A stretch of 60,175 nucleotides of DNA from an uncultured virus (IMG/VR IMGVR_UViG_3300005405_000008) (Duplodnaviria; Heunggongvirae; Uroviricota; Caudoviricetes). The stretch's first letter is position 1. The number at the start of each line of letters is the position of its first letter. The notes beneath the pieces were generated by a model. That model did not search any database, was not told where the DNA came from, and saw nothing but the letters and a program-made list of their open reading frames with translations. The translations under genes were made by a program, and so were the position numbers. Below, piece after piece: positions 1 through 8,365 of this stretch. Where the stretch lies: IMG/VR virus record IMGVR_UViG_3300005405_000008, positions 62,001 to 122,175 of that record; one strand, written 5' to 3'.

Positions 1-205
1 ATTGCATATCAACTTTGCATACTTTATCTTGTTCAATTGTTTTTTCTAAACTAGTTAGACATTTTCTTGCATGATCTGCTGATACTTGTTCTCCGTATAA
101 TATTTCATAAACTTCAACTTTGTCTAAATCATATTCTTTTCTATTGGATAATAGTCTATCAGCAAATTGTAAAAATGACTCATTTTCTTTTCGTATATAT
201 TCCAA
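1..205 (-). CDS. N-terminal part of a YonJ-like phage protein, runs off the window
   Basis: TTG start after AGGAG; MEYIRKENESFLQFADRLLSNRKEYDLDKVEVYEILYGEQVSADHARK; position downstream of HU and YonK-like genes. Confidence 0.55.
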   Translation of the reverse strand, partial: MEYIRKENESFLQFADRLLSNRKEYDLDKVEVYEILYGEQVSADHARKCLTSLEKTIEQDKVCKVDMQ

Positions 206-250
206 ATAAATTCTCCTAAAGAAGTTATTTTATTTTCAAAATTAAAATAT

Positions 251-272
251 CCCCTAATCGACCAATAGGGGA
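251..272 (-). terminator. Intrinsic terminator-like hairpin
   Basis: CCCCTA...TAGGGG stem followed by an A/T-rich tract after the 273..455 ORF. Confidence 0.45.
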
Positions 273-455
273 TTAAATTTTCTCAAAATGTCCACAATCT
301 TCACATCTTAGAATTGTTTCGTTACAATAAAATTTAAGCCAGAAACGTAATTTACCACACACCGGACATTTAGTATCAGCATTTTCAATATCATAATTAT
401 TGTATTTGTTTAATTTATTTTCAATAGGCTGTTCTACTATTTTATTTGTCTTCAT
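273..455 (-). CDS. Small zinc-ribbon protein
   Basis: CPVC and CEDC pairs; AGGAG RBS upstream. Confidence 0.6.
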   Translation of the reverse strand: MKTNKIVEQPIENKLNKYNNYDIENADTKCPVCGKLRFWLKFYCNETILRCEDCGHFEKI

Positions 456-611
456 CTTTTATTATATTTCATCTCCTTATAAGAGAATAGGGGAGAGGGT
501 ATAATAAATTAAATAAGAGTACAGAATGAAAAGTTAACTGTGTCACACAATTTCTTTACACTCCATACTCTGTTATTGAAGGCAGTTTATGAAACTCCTT
601 CCATATTAGAT

Positions 612-832
612 GGGAGACATACGCCTCCATATAACGTGCCTAAAGCACAAACGACTTTTATAACCACCATAAAGGCGAAATATGAGATAGAGTCTCTTGA
701 TTAAACCCCAAGTATGTATCCATGAGAGATTGTATTTTTAACCGTAGTCAAACACAACTTTTATTCTCATGTGTAAGATGTGTATTCACAAACATCTTAT
801 TAAGTCTTAATTAATTCAGTCGGCGTAATTCC
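612..832 (-). ncRNA. Candidate structured RNA
   Basis: TACGCC (620-625) / GGCGTA (822-827) closing pair enclosing several hairpins; no ORF. Confidence 0.35.
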
Positions 833-855
833 TTTTAATAAATCAAAATTTATAT

Positions 856-1210
856 AATAACTTACTGCTTTCCAGCCCTGCGGATACTTTTGGGCAAGCA
901 TAATCATCCCAAACCGTTTTATCAGGGATTTAATCAATCTTTATTATTTACTATTTAAACCTTAAACTTTACACTTATAATAAACTTTGAATTTTTAACT
1001 TTAAGCGTTTAGATTTAAACTTTAATCTTTACAGAATTTTTGTTGTTTTGCTTTTGTATCATTTGATTTTAATTAAATCATATAATTTTCAAAGTAAACA
1101 TCCTGTTAAAGATGTAAATAATATGTACTTTCTTTATATTTATTAAACCAGTCTAAGTACATAAAAGACTTGTCAATTATGGTTTAAAGTTTTCGGAAAA
1201 CAGTAAGTAG
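856..1210 (-). ncRNA. Candidate ~350-nt structured RNA with heptamer repeat tract
   Basis: 13-14 bp closing helix 860-873 / 1195-1208 with a G-U pair on the minus strand; internal hairpins; about 13 tandem 7-mers at 936-1030. Confidence 0.65.
936..1030. repeat. Degenerate 7-bp tandem repeat, consensus AAACTTT
   Basis: aatcttt attattt actattt aaacctt aaacttt acactta taat aaacttt gaatttt taacttt aagcgtt tagattt aaacttt aatcttt. Confidence 0.75.
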
Positions 1211-1231
1211 TTATTTCTTAAGGATTATGGA

Positions 1232-1873
1232 TTAATATTCAATTTCTATTACAGTCAGAGCATTTGATGTGCTCAGCGTGGAATCGATCTCAGATTCAAA
1301 ATCAGAAATTTCTTTCTCTAATTCATCAATTTTTTCCTTAACTTTAATTGGATCTACAAATTCAAATGAATTATTAAGAATAAATTCTTTCCTAACTTTT
1401 TCAAGTTCATCAGTATTTGTCTTACCTTCTTTTGAACCAAATAATCCAATTACATAATTTTCAGCTTTTTGATTTAATGTTTCTCCATTTTCTTTATCTA
1501 TAATTTGAATAGAATGTACATAATGTTGGTTCATTGTGTTCATTAAAGTTTTCTTATATGCCATTCCACTATTTTTCATCTCAATTGCTTCTGCTACCGT
1601 CATTTCATTATCGCCAATTTTTACTTTTGTAGTAGCATTAGATAAAACAGTTGCTCTTTTAATGGCATTCCTGCGACTGATTAAGTCATTGGCTTTGTTC
1701 CAACTAGCTTGAATTTGCGTCTTGAATTCTTCTACTGATACACCATTGATTTTGTCGTTGGAATGTTTATTTGCTTTACAATATACTCCTTGGGAAATAG
1801 TTTTATCAATTTTAGCACCAATTACTTTGAGTTCAGATAATGCTTTATGGATTGTCATTGTTTCAGTTGTCAT
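1232..1873 (-). CDS. Conserved helical/coiled-coil phage protein, DIP1984-like
   Basis: 213 aa; MTIHKALSELK, SNATT, TVAEAI and terminal SNALTVIEI motifs. Confidence 0.7.
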   Translation of the reverse strand: MTTETMTIHKALSELKVIGAKIDKTISQGVYCKANKHSNDKINGVSVEEFKTQIQASWNKANDLISRRNAIKRATVLSNATTKVKIGDNEMTVAEAIEMKNSGMAYKKTLMNTMNQHYVHSIQIIDKENGETLNQKAENYVIGLFGSKEGKTNTDELEKVRKEFILNNSFEFVDPIKVKEKIDELEKEISDFESEIDSTLSTSNALTVIEIEY

Positions 1874-1981
1874 GTTTTGTTTGTCCCCTTTAATTTTAAA
1901 TTTTGATAAATTATTAGTAGGTTAGAGAGTTAGGAGAATAATTACTAACTATGATAACTTTATCCTAACTCTCTAAAAACG

Positions 1982-2131
1982 AATCAAACCACAATAGTAG
2001 GGCGACGCTCAGTTTATTTTATAAACTCTATATCCTTATTGATATAGTTCCTACATCTCTAATCCTTCATATAAAACATATGTTGGAGCGTTGGATGCCT
2101 GTTCCAAACCTTATTGTGGTTAGGTATGATT
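1982..2131 (-). ncRNA. Candidate rod-shaped structured RNA
   Basis: AACCACAATA (1987-1996) / TATTGTGGTT (2112-2121) closing stem; inner ACGCTC/GAGCGT stem; CTATATC/GATATAG hairpin. Confidence 0.45.
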
Positions 2132-2148
2132 AATTATTCAGATTTTTC

Positions 2149-2364
2149 TTATCCATTATCCTCACCAACTACATCTTCAATTTCTTCTTCTGTAAAAGAA
2201 AATTTAACATATTTCCCTGAGAAATTTTTCAGTAACTCAATTAGATTTTTAACACCTTCGTCGGGAATGTTAATTACTGCTATATTATTTTCAATAGTTA
2301 ATTCACCTTCAGTTGCTAGTTTATGAGTAATTTTCTTAGTTTCTGTAAGTTTTGATTTTGCCAT
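2149..2364 (-). CDS. YonK-like protein
   Basis: 71 aa; LLKNFSGKYVKFSFTEEE resembles the YonK C-terminus; position after HU. Confidence 0.6.
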   Translation of the reverse strand: MAKSKLTETKKITHKLATEGELTIENNIAVINIPDEGVKNLIELLKNFSGKYVKFSFTEEEIEDVVGEDNG

Positions 2365-2428
2365 TGTTTATTTATTCCACCTTTTATTTTTAATTTTTTA
2401 TTATTAGTTTGCCTTATGCTAATTTATA

Positions 2429-2503
2429 TGGAGCTGGATATCCTATTTGAACGGATGACATGATGCTTACAAGGCAACTGCTCTACCACTGAGCTAATCC
2501 AGC
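2429..2503 (-). tRNA. tRNA-Thr(UGU)
   Basis: GCTGGAT/ATCCAGC acceptor stem, GCTC/GAGC D-arm, CT-TGT-AA anticodon loop, TTCAAAT T-loop, encoded CCA. Confidence 0.88.
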
Positions 2504-2516
2504 ACTGTAAATTACT

Positions 2517-2795
2517 TTATTTCCCTTTAACCTTATCACTAAGGACTTTACCAGCCTTCCAGTGCGGAGCAACAGTTGCAGGAATTACCATAGGTTCTTT
2601 TGTAGCCGGATTCCGACCATTGCGTTCTGCGCGATCTTTTACAGAAAATGTTCCGAATCCAGTTAGAGATACCTTTTCTTTATTTACAAGTGCTTCTTCA
2701 ATTGCTTGTAATACTGCCGTTACTGCTTCGTCAGATGCTTTTTTCGTTGTATTAATTTTTTGGGCTACTACCGCTACGAGTTGTTCTTTATTCAT
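2517..2795 (-). CDS. hup: HU family DNA-binding protein (YonN-like)
   Basis: MNKEQLV, GFGTFSV and RNGRNPAT motifs. Confidence 0.95.
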   Translation of the reverse strand: MNKEQLVAVVAQKINTTKKASDEAVTAVLQAIEEALVNKEKVSLTGFGTFSVKDRAERNGRNPATKEPMVIPATVAPHWKAGKVLSDKVKGK

Positions 2796-3047
2796 GTTTA
2801 TTTTTATCCCCTTTTATTTTAATTTGTTTTTGTTGTTTTTGTTATTTTAGTCTGTATACCTTGTGAGTATCAGACTATGTGTTTTTAATCATGGTGCATT
2901 ATACTTTTTTATTAAGCATAAAGACCTCTCTTCAGTGATTCGATTGTTACTACCCTCCTTAAAGTTAATTAAAGAGGCGACAGATGAACAGTCTGTCCCC
3001 TTACTCCGTACAGTGAAACAGACTGAGGGAGCAAAAATTAATAATCC

Positions 3048-4298
3048 TTACATCTTATCAGATATATCTGCCATTCTACTTCTCCAAATATTAGGTAAAT
3101 GTACACATCCGAACATATCTTCATTTTTGAAAACTTCAATAGCTCGTAGAAGACCATTATTCCTTCCAACATAATCTATTTTATCTACCTGTTGATATGG
3201 ATCACCTTCTATAATGATTTTCGCATCTTTACTACATCTTGATAATGCAAGTTTCATTAAATCAGGCGTAGTATTTTGAGCTTCAGTTATATAAAGAATT
3301 TGATTATCAGTTATCTCCATACCTCTACTATCTGCCATAGGAATCAACCTAATCTTGTCTTGTGTAATTAAATTATTCACAATACTTTTATCACCAAATT
3401 TAGTAATAAGCATATTGCCGATAAACTGTTGCATTCCCTTTTCTATGGAGTTGCCACTGTAATAACCCATATCAACTGCACCACGAACTTTTGTGGGATT
3501 ATACATTATTACGCAGGAATCATATTTTTGGTTTTGTAATGCCCACATAATATACATAAGACTACTAAGTGATTTACCACTTCCTGGTTTACCTGTAATA
3601 GCAGTAAATTGATTATTATGTAAACTATCAATACATAACTCTTGGTATATATCTTTTGGTTTTAAATTTCCAAACATCATACTTTTAAAATCTTTTTTTA
3701 CAATACTTTTAAACCCATTTGATGTCCAACGATATTTATCAACTATTTCATTATTAACCTGAACTAATAAATACTCATTGATATTCATATTCCAAAGATT
3801 TGATTTTGCTTCTGATTGATACCAATTAGCAAGTTCATTTTCTGTCATTTGGATGGTCTTATATCCTGTGTATTTTTCACCATTAGATTCCGTAGGTTCA
3901 AATTTACTATAAGGAATACCTAAATCCTTACATTTTTGCCTAAACAATATGTCATTACTATAAGCAATAAATTTATTATCATTTTTCCACATTTTATATA
4001 AAATAGAGATTATTTTATTATCCATATTATCTTTATCAAAGTTTTCTGGAAGATCGTAATCAGTCTCACTAATAAGATATGTAATCTTGTCCTCATTAGC
4101 ATCTATATATCTACACGCTCTTCTGGCCTGAAATTTTGTTTCTTCTGTTTTTCCATTCTTCCTTAAATTGTCCATCTCTCCTGCAACATAACCACTAAGG
4201 AAGATATGATCAAACTCTTCAAAAACTTCTTTTGGGTGATCCATTAATACACACGAATCTATATATTGTTGATTGATTGTGTATGGTTCATCGGGCAA
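3048..4298 (-). CDS. phoH: PIN-PhoH family ATPase
   Basis: N-terminal PIN (IDSCVLM, EMDNL, D-x-x-I, SNDILFR); Walker A GKPGSGKS; EAQN; GDPYQQVD; RS motif. Confidence 0.9.
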   Translation of the reverse strand: MPDEPYTINQQYIDSCVLMDHPKEVFEEFDHIFLSGYVAGEMDNLRKNGKTEETKFQARRACRYIDANEDKITYLISETDYDLPENFDKDNMDNKIISILYKMWKNDNKFIAYSNDILFRQKCKDLGIPYSKFEPTESNGEKYTGYKTIQMTENELANWYQSEAKSNLWNMNINEYLLVQVNNEIVDKYRWTSNGFKSIVKKDFKSMMFGNLKPKDIYQELCIDSLHNNQFTAITGKPGSGKSLSSLMYIMWALQNQKYDSCVIMYNPTKVRGAVDMGYYSGNSIEKGMQQFIGNMLITKFGDKSIVNNLITQDKIRLIPMADSRGMEITDNQILYITEAQNTTPDLMKLALSRCSKDAKIIIEGDPYQQVDKIDYVGRNNGLLRAIEVFKNEDMFGCVHLPNIWRSRMADISDKM

Positions 4299-4340
4299 TA
4301 TAAACCATTCCTCTGCAATTTATTTTATTATTACTATTAT

Positions 4341-4592
4341 TCATGAGATATTTACACTACTATCACTAAAAAGATACCTTTGATTATCCTTAATCTTATC
4401 TAAATCAAATATCTCTTCTTGTTTTAATCTTGAAAGATAATTGTATAAAGGATCTGTTACAAATCTCTGTTTACCACGTTTACTACTAAACTTACCTGTA
4501 ACCACTAGATTGTCTCCGTAGTTACCTTTTGACTGTCTAAGAACTTGTTTTTGTATTAAATATGACATGTCTTCTTTTGTGATTCTTTCCAA
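4341..4592 (-). CDS. Hypothetical protein
   Basis: 83 aa ORF with AGGAG RBS. Confidence 0.65.
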   Translation of the reverse strand: MERITKEDMSYLIQKQVLRQSKGNYGDNLVVTGKFSSKRGKQRFVTDPLYNYLSRLKQEEIFDLDKIKDNQRYLFSDSSVNIS

Positions 4593-4753
4593 ATTGTTAT
4601 ATTGATGCTCCTTTGGAGTTTATTATTTTGTTTTATTATAAATTTACAAAGTGATCGACCACACCTTACAAATTATGAATATAATAAATTAAATATTGGT
4701 TGAAACCATTGTTATAATTGTATTTCTATTATATTCATATATACGGATTTACA

Positions 4754-5566
4754 TTAAGTGCTTGTAACTATTGTTACAGCAGTGTTACAGGTGTTTTCAG
4801 AATGATTACATTTTGATTTTTCTCTGAAATTGTGCACATTTATACGAACTTTTTCTTTTCTAATTTCCTTTGCACATTCTTGGCAGTATTTATGAGTAAC
4901 ATTTGTAGGCAGAAATGGAGAACAACATTTTACACAATAATCTACATTTTCACCTTTATAACTCAAATACTCTAAAACAAAGTTTTCATATTTTTCGATT
5001 GTAAATTCAGGCTCTTTTGTTTCATCAACAAAATTAACTTTTAATGTTACAAATACAGTCAAATCAAACAAATCTGTTTCTTTTAATTTTCCTATATAAT
5101 CTTCTCTCTGTTCTTTGTCACTTCTAACCTTTGAATTTATAAACATTTCTTTTAAATTATTACAATAATATTCATCTTTCTTACTTTTCTTTTTCAATCT
5201 ATATTTATCCATCTTGCTTAATACTAAGGCAACAAATGCAATCGTTTCTAATTTCGTGTCGTTTAGAGATTCTATTTTATCAAGCTCACTCTTAGTTATA
5301 GGTATCGGTGGTATATCTACTAAAGTATTTTTCTTTTGAACACCATACCTTGATGCTTTAATTATCATTTCTAAATGCAATACTTCATTATATTTTGGTA
5401 AAAACTTTTTACAAAATTCCTTGAGTTTTTCTTTGATTGCATCCGTCTTTAATCCATTTATCTTATTATAATACTTTGCTAATATTTTTAACTCCATTGT
5501 ATATCTATCTCCGATAAAACCTTTTATCAGCATTTTTTTAGTATATTCTAATTCATTAAATATCAT
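4754..5566 (-). CDS. Hypothetical protein with C-terminal zinc ribbon, coupled to the RNAP gene
   Basis: CVKC and CQEC pairs; start overlaps the RNAP stop. Confidence 0.75.
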   Translation of the reverse strand: MIFNELEYTKKMLIKGFIGDRYTMELKILAKYYNKINGLKTDAIKEKLKEFCKKFLPKYNEVLHLEMIIKASRYGVQKKNTLVDIPPIPITKSELDKIESLNDTKLETIAFVALVLSKMDKYRLKKKSKKDEYYCNNLKEMFINSKVRSDKEQREDYIGKLKETDLFDLTVFVTLKVNFVDETKEPEFTIEKYENFVLEYLSYKGENVDYCVKCCSPFLPTNVTHKYCQECAKEIRKEKVRINVHNFREKSKCNHSENTCNTAVTIVTST

Positions 5567-8354
5567 ATATAACCTCCTGTAATTTGAATTTATCTCCTAA
5601 ATATTCGATTGTACCATTGTTATCTAAAATAGGAATAAAAACTTTATCTTGTTTATTTTTTTCTATATTTACTAAAACATCTTTTCCAAATACATCCCAT
5701 AAGAAATCTTTCTTATCTTTTGGATGCAATTCATAAGTTATTTCTGTAGCATAATTTATTAATTCTGAGGTGTTTGAACATATTTTATATGCCTCAATGC
5801 GTATTTGCTTATAAAATAATTGTAAATCATCATATGATTCTTCATCATATTTATCTTTCGTATATGATCTTTGCTTTGTTTTCTCATGAATTCTTTTCTT
5901 TCCACAAAAATCTTTATACAACTTCAGAACTTTTGAAAATGTAACATCATTTTTTTCTATATCTTTATCTTTTAATATTTCAACAATATCAGCATTATTA
6001 TCTATACTTACTTCTGTTTTTATATCCTTACAAGCATATTCCATATGCCAACACAATTTGTTCATTACACTTGGAGATATACTAAGTGGTAGGTTGTGAT
6101 AATGAAATCTCATATAATCATTTTCTTCTGGTGTTTTTCTTCTTTTTTCTTTAAGTTGTTCTAAAGACATTTTAAAAATTACTTTACAATATAAATTAGC
6201 TTTTTCTATATATTCTAAATACTTCTTTCTATATTTAGGGTATATCCATCCCTGAAAATATGGTTTTCTATGAATAACTAATTTATTTAGAAATTTTTTC
6301 TCTTTAATTGATTCTGGTGTATCCTTTTCTTTACCTTTAATTACTTTCCCATCTTCATCACATTCATCCTTGTATCTAATTGTTTGATAAGTAATCCAAT
6401 CTTTAGGGAAATCTTGTACCTGAACACCTTTTGATTTATCTATTGCATTCCCTTGGAGCATACGAGTTATTTTCAATCTCTCTAATATGGTATTATGTGA
6501 TTTACCTCCTTTATGAAATTGTTCCAACATAGTATACATATCTGTAGAATAATTAGTAATAGTTCCTATATCATTACTAAAACTTAATAAATCGGCTTGA
6601 AACATTGCTTCTTCTGTAAGTTTATCTATGGGAGCAGTTTTCTTTTCGTATGTAATAGGTAATGTATCTTTGTGAGAACATCTTAAGAATACTGGATTAC
6701 TGGAAGTAAATACCAAATCTAGGTCGAAATCTGAATCTGCATGACGAATTGTGTCTAATCCTAGTGTTGGATAGATTATACCAGTTGTTTGATATCTATA
6801 CCAATGATTAACCACATTATGATTTTGAAGTTTTAGTATATTATGCTCTGAGTAATGAGTAAGAGGGCTTCTACACGCATCAACACTTGTAACATTCTTA
6901 TTATTCCAATATGCTGAATAATGTTCTCCTTCATTAAGCAATCCTGTACAATCTTCCGGTTTTTCACCAAATATATTTTGGCATAAACTAAACGGGTCTG
7001 CTAACATAGTTTGGTAATTTCCTTGAATAAGAACTTTTCCTGCATAAGAGTGTTGAATCTTTTTTCTTATACTATTCATTATTTTAGTTTGTATATATGT
7101 GTCTTTTGCTAGAGTATTATTTAGTAAGATTGCTTTTACAATAGGATTATGAATGTCATTTATGTTTTCTATTTTTTCTACACCTTTGCCTAATAAATAT
7201 AAAGAAGTTTTAATAGCATCTGCACCTAAAATATCTTTAAACCAATCTACATTAAATTTGCAAAGTTCTTCAATATCATTATCTTCCATATCTAAGGTCT
7301 GTAAATACTGATAATTTGTCAAGCAATAATTATTGTTGCGTTGGGGAGCTACATGACATACTCCCCAAGACAAATTATTATCCTCGCAATTTTTAGTAAA
7401 TTCCTCAAGTGACTTATAATTCTTCCATAGTTTTAGTTGGCTAGTGGTCAGGAATATATCGTATTCCCTAGAATCTCTTTCAGCACCCCATGCATCAATA
7501 AATTTGCATGTTCCAGAAATTTCATTAGTGTACTCATCCACTGGGTAGGAAATTAGCATCCCTTTAATAAACGAATTTCTGATTCCGAAAAATCCTGGAA
7601 TATAATCATTAATTTCTAAATCCTCTGCCCAAAGTTTTGCACCACGTATTGTTAAAATACCTTCGCCATCATGAGGTTTTAAGTCTATTGAATGATTATC
7701 TAATTCTTCCACCCAAGTTTTTTCTTCATCCTGAAATACAAAATCTACTTTTCTTTTAATATTTACCTCTAAGTCTTTTACAACACAGAACTTTAAATTT
7801 CTTACTTTATATGTACTACTACTGTAGAGTGCGAAATAAGCATTAAACTTATTCGCACTGAAGTTTTTTTCATTATCATATCCATTTTCCAATTTTGATT
7901 TAATTCTATTAATAGTTTCTTCTTCTACAAAAATAACTTTACTGTTACGAGAATGTCCACTACCACACATGAAACGTCTAAAAGTCTTATTATTTACAGT
8001 TATACTATCAGCAAACATGTTCTTATATTGACTATTTGAATTTATATTTGTTACAATTACTTCTGGAACAAATAATATATCATCAATTTGTTTTTGAATA
8101 TTTTCCAATGCTTTGATGTTTGCGTCTGATGATTTTTGAAATTTAATTATTTTCTTAATTTTATTTAACTCTTGAAGTTTTTCAGTATCAACCCCTATGT
8201 GATTCCTGATTTGTCTAATTAATTCACTATCTCCAATAGATATTAGTTCTTTGTTTTTCCTTGCTTGATCTGGAGTTAGTGTTATATTATACTTATACTC
8301 TTTTAATCTAGAAGATTTAATACGAAAAACATAGAATTGTTGTTGCTTAATCAA
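5556..8354 (-). CDS. yonO: YonO-like single-subunit DNA-dependent RNA polymerase (RdRP-like double-psi barrel)
   Basis: 932 aa; DGEG, RNSFIKG, CRSP...SEH, catalytic DSDFDLD, IGTITN, QGNAIDKSK motifs. Confidence 0.85.
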   Translation of the reverse strand: MIKQQQFYVFRIKSSRLKEYKYNITLTPDQARKNKELISIGDSELIRQIRNHIGVDTEKLQELNKIKKIIKFQKSSDANIKALENIQKQIDDILFVPEVIVTNINSNSQYKNMFADSITVNNKTFRRFMCGSGHSRNSKVIFVEEETINRIKSKLENGYDNEKNFSANKFNAYFALYSSSTYKVRNLKFCVVKDLEVNIKRKVDFVFQDEEKTWVEELDNHSIDLKPHDGEGILTIRGAKLWAEDLEINDYIPGFFGIRNSFIKGMLISYPVDEYTNEISGTCKFIDAWGAERDSREYDIFLTTSQLKLWKNYKSLEEFTKNCEDNNLSWGVCHVAPQRNNNYCLTNYQYLQTLDMEDNDIEELCKFNVDWFKDILGADAIKTSLYLLGKGVEKIENINDIHNPIVKAILLNNTLAKDTYIQTKIMNSIRKKIQHSYAGKVLIQGNYQTMLADPFSLCQNIFGEKPEDCTGLLNEGEHYSAYWNNKNVTSVDACRSPLTHYSEHNILKLQNHNVVNHWYRYQTTGIIYPTLGLDTIRHADSDFDLDLVFTSSNPVFLRCSHKDTLPITYEKKTAPIDKLTEEAMFQADLLSFSNDIGTITNYSTDMYTMLEQFHKGGKSHNTILERLKITRMLQGNAIDKSKGVQVQDFPKDWITYQTIRYKDECDEDGKVIKGKEKDTPESIKEKKFLNKLVIHRKPYFQGWIYPKYRKKYLEYIEKANLYCKVIFKMSLEQLKEKRRKTPEENDYMRFHYHNLPLSISPSVMNKLCWHMEYACKDIKTEVSIDNNADIVEILKDKDIEKNDVTFSKVLKLYKDFCGKKRIHEKTKQRSYTKDKYDEESYDDLQLFYKQIRIEAYKICSNTSELINYATEITYELHPKDKKDFLWDVFGKDVLVNIEKNKQDKVFIPILDNNGTIEYLGDKFKLQEVIYDI

Positions 8355-8365
8355 GTTACTCCTCC

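Noticed and set aside
936..1030. Repeat tract as a CRISPR array
   Set aside because: Units are 7 bp with no spacers, and no cas genes are in the window
1982..2131. Hammerhead, pistol or twister ribozyme
   Set aside because: Core consensus nucleotides could not be placed; kept only as an unclassified structured RNA
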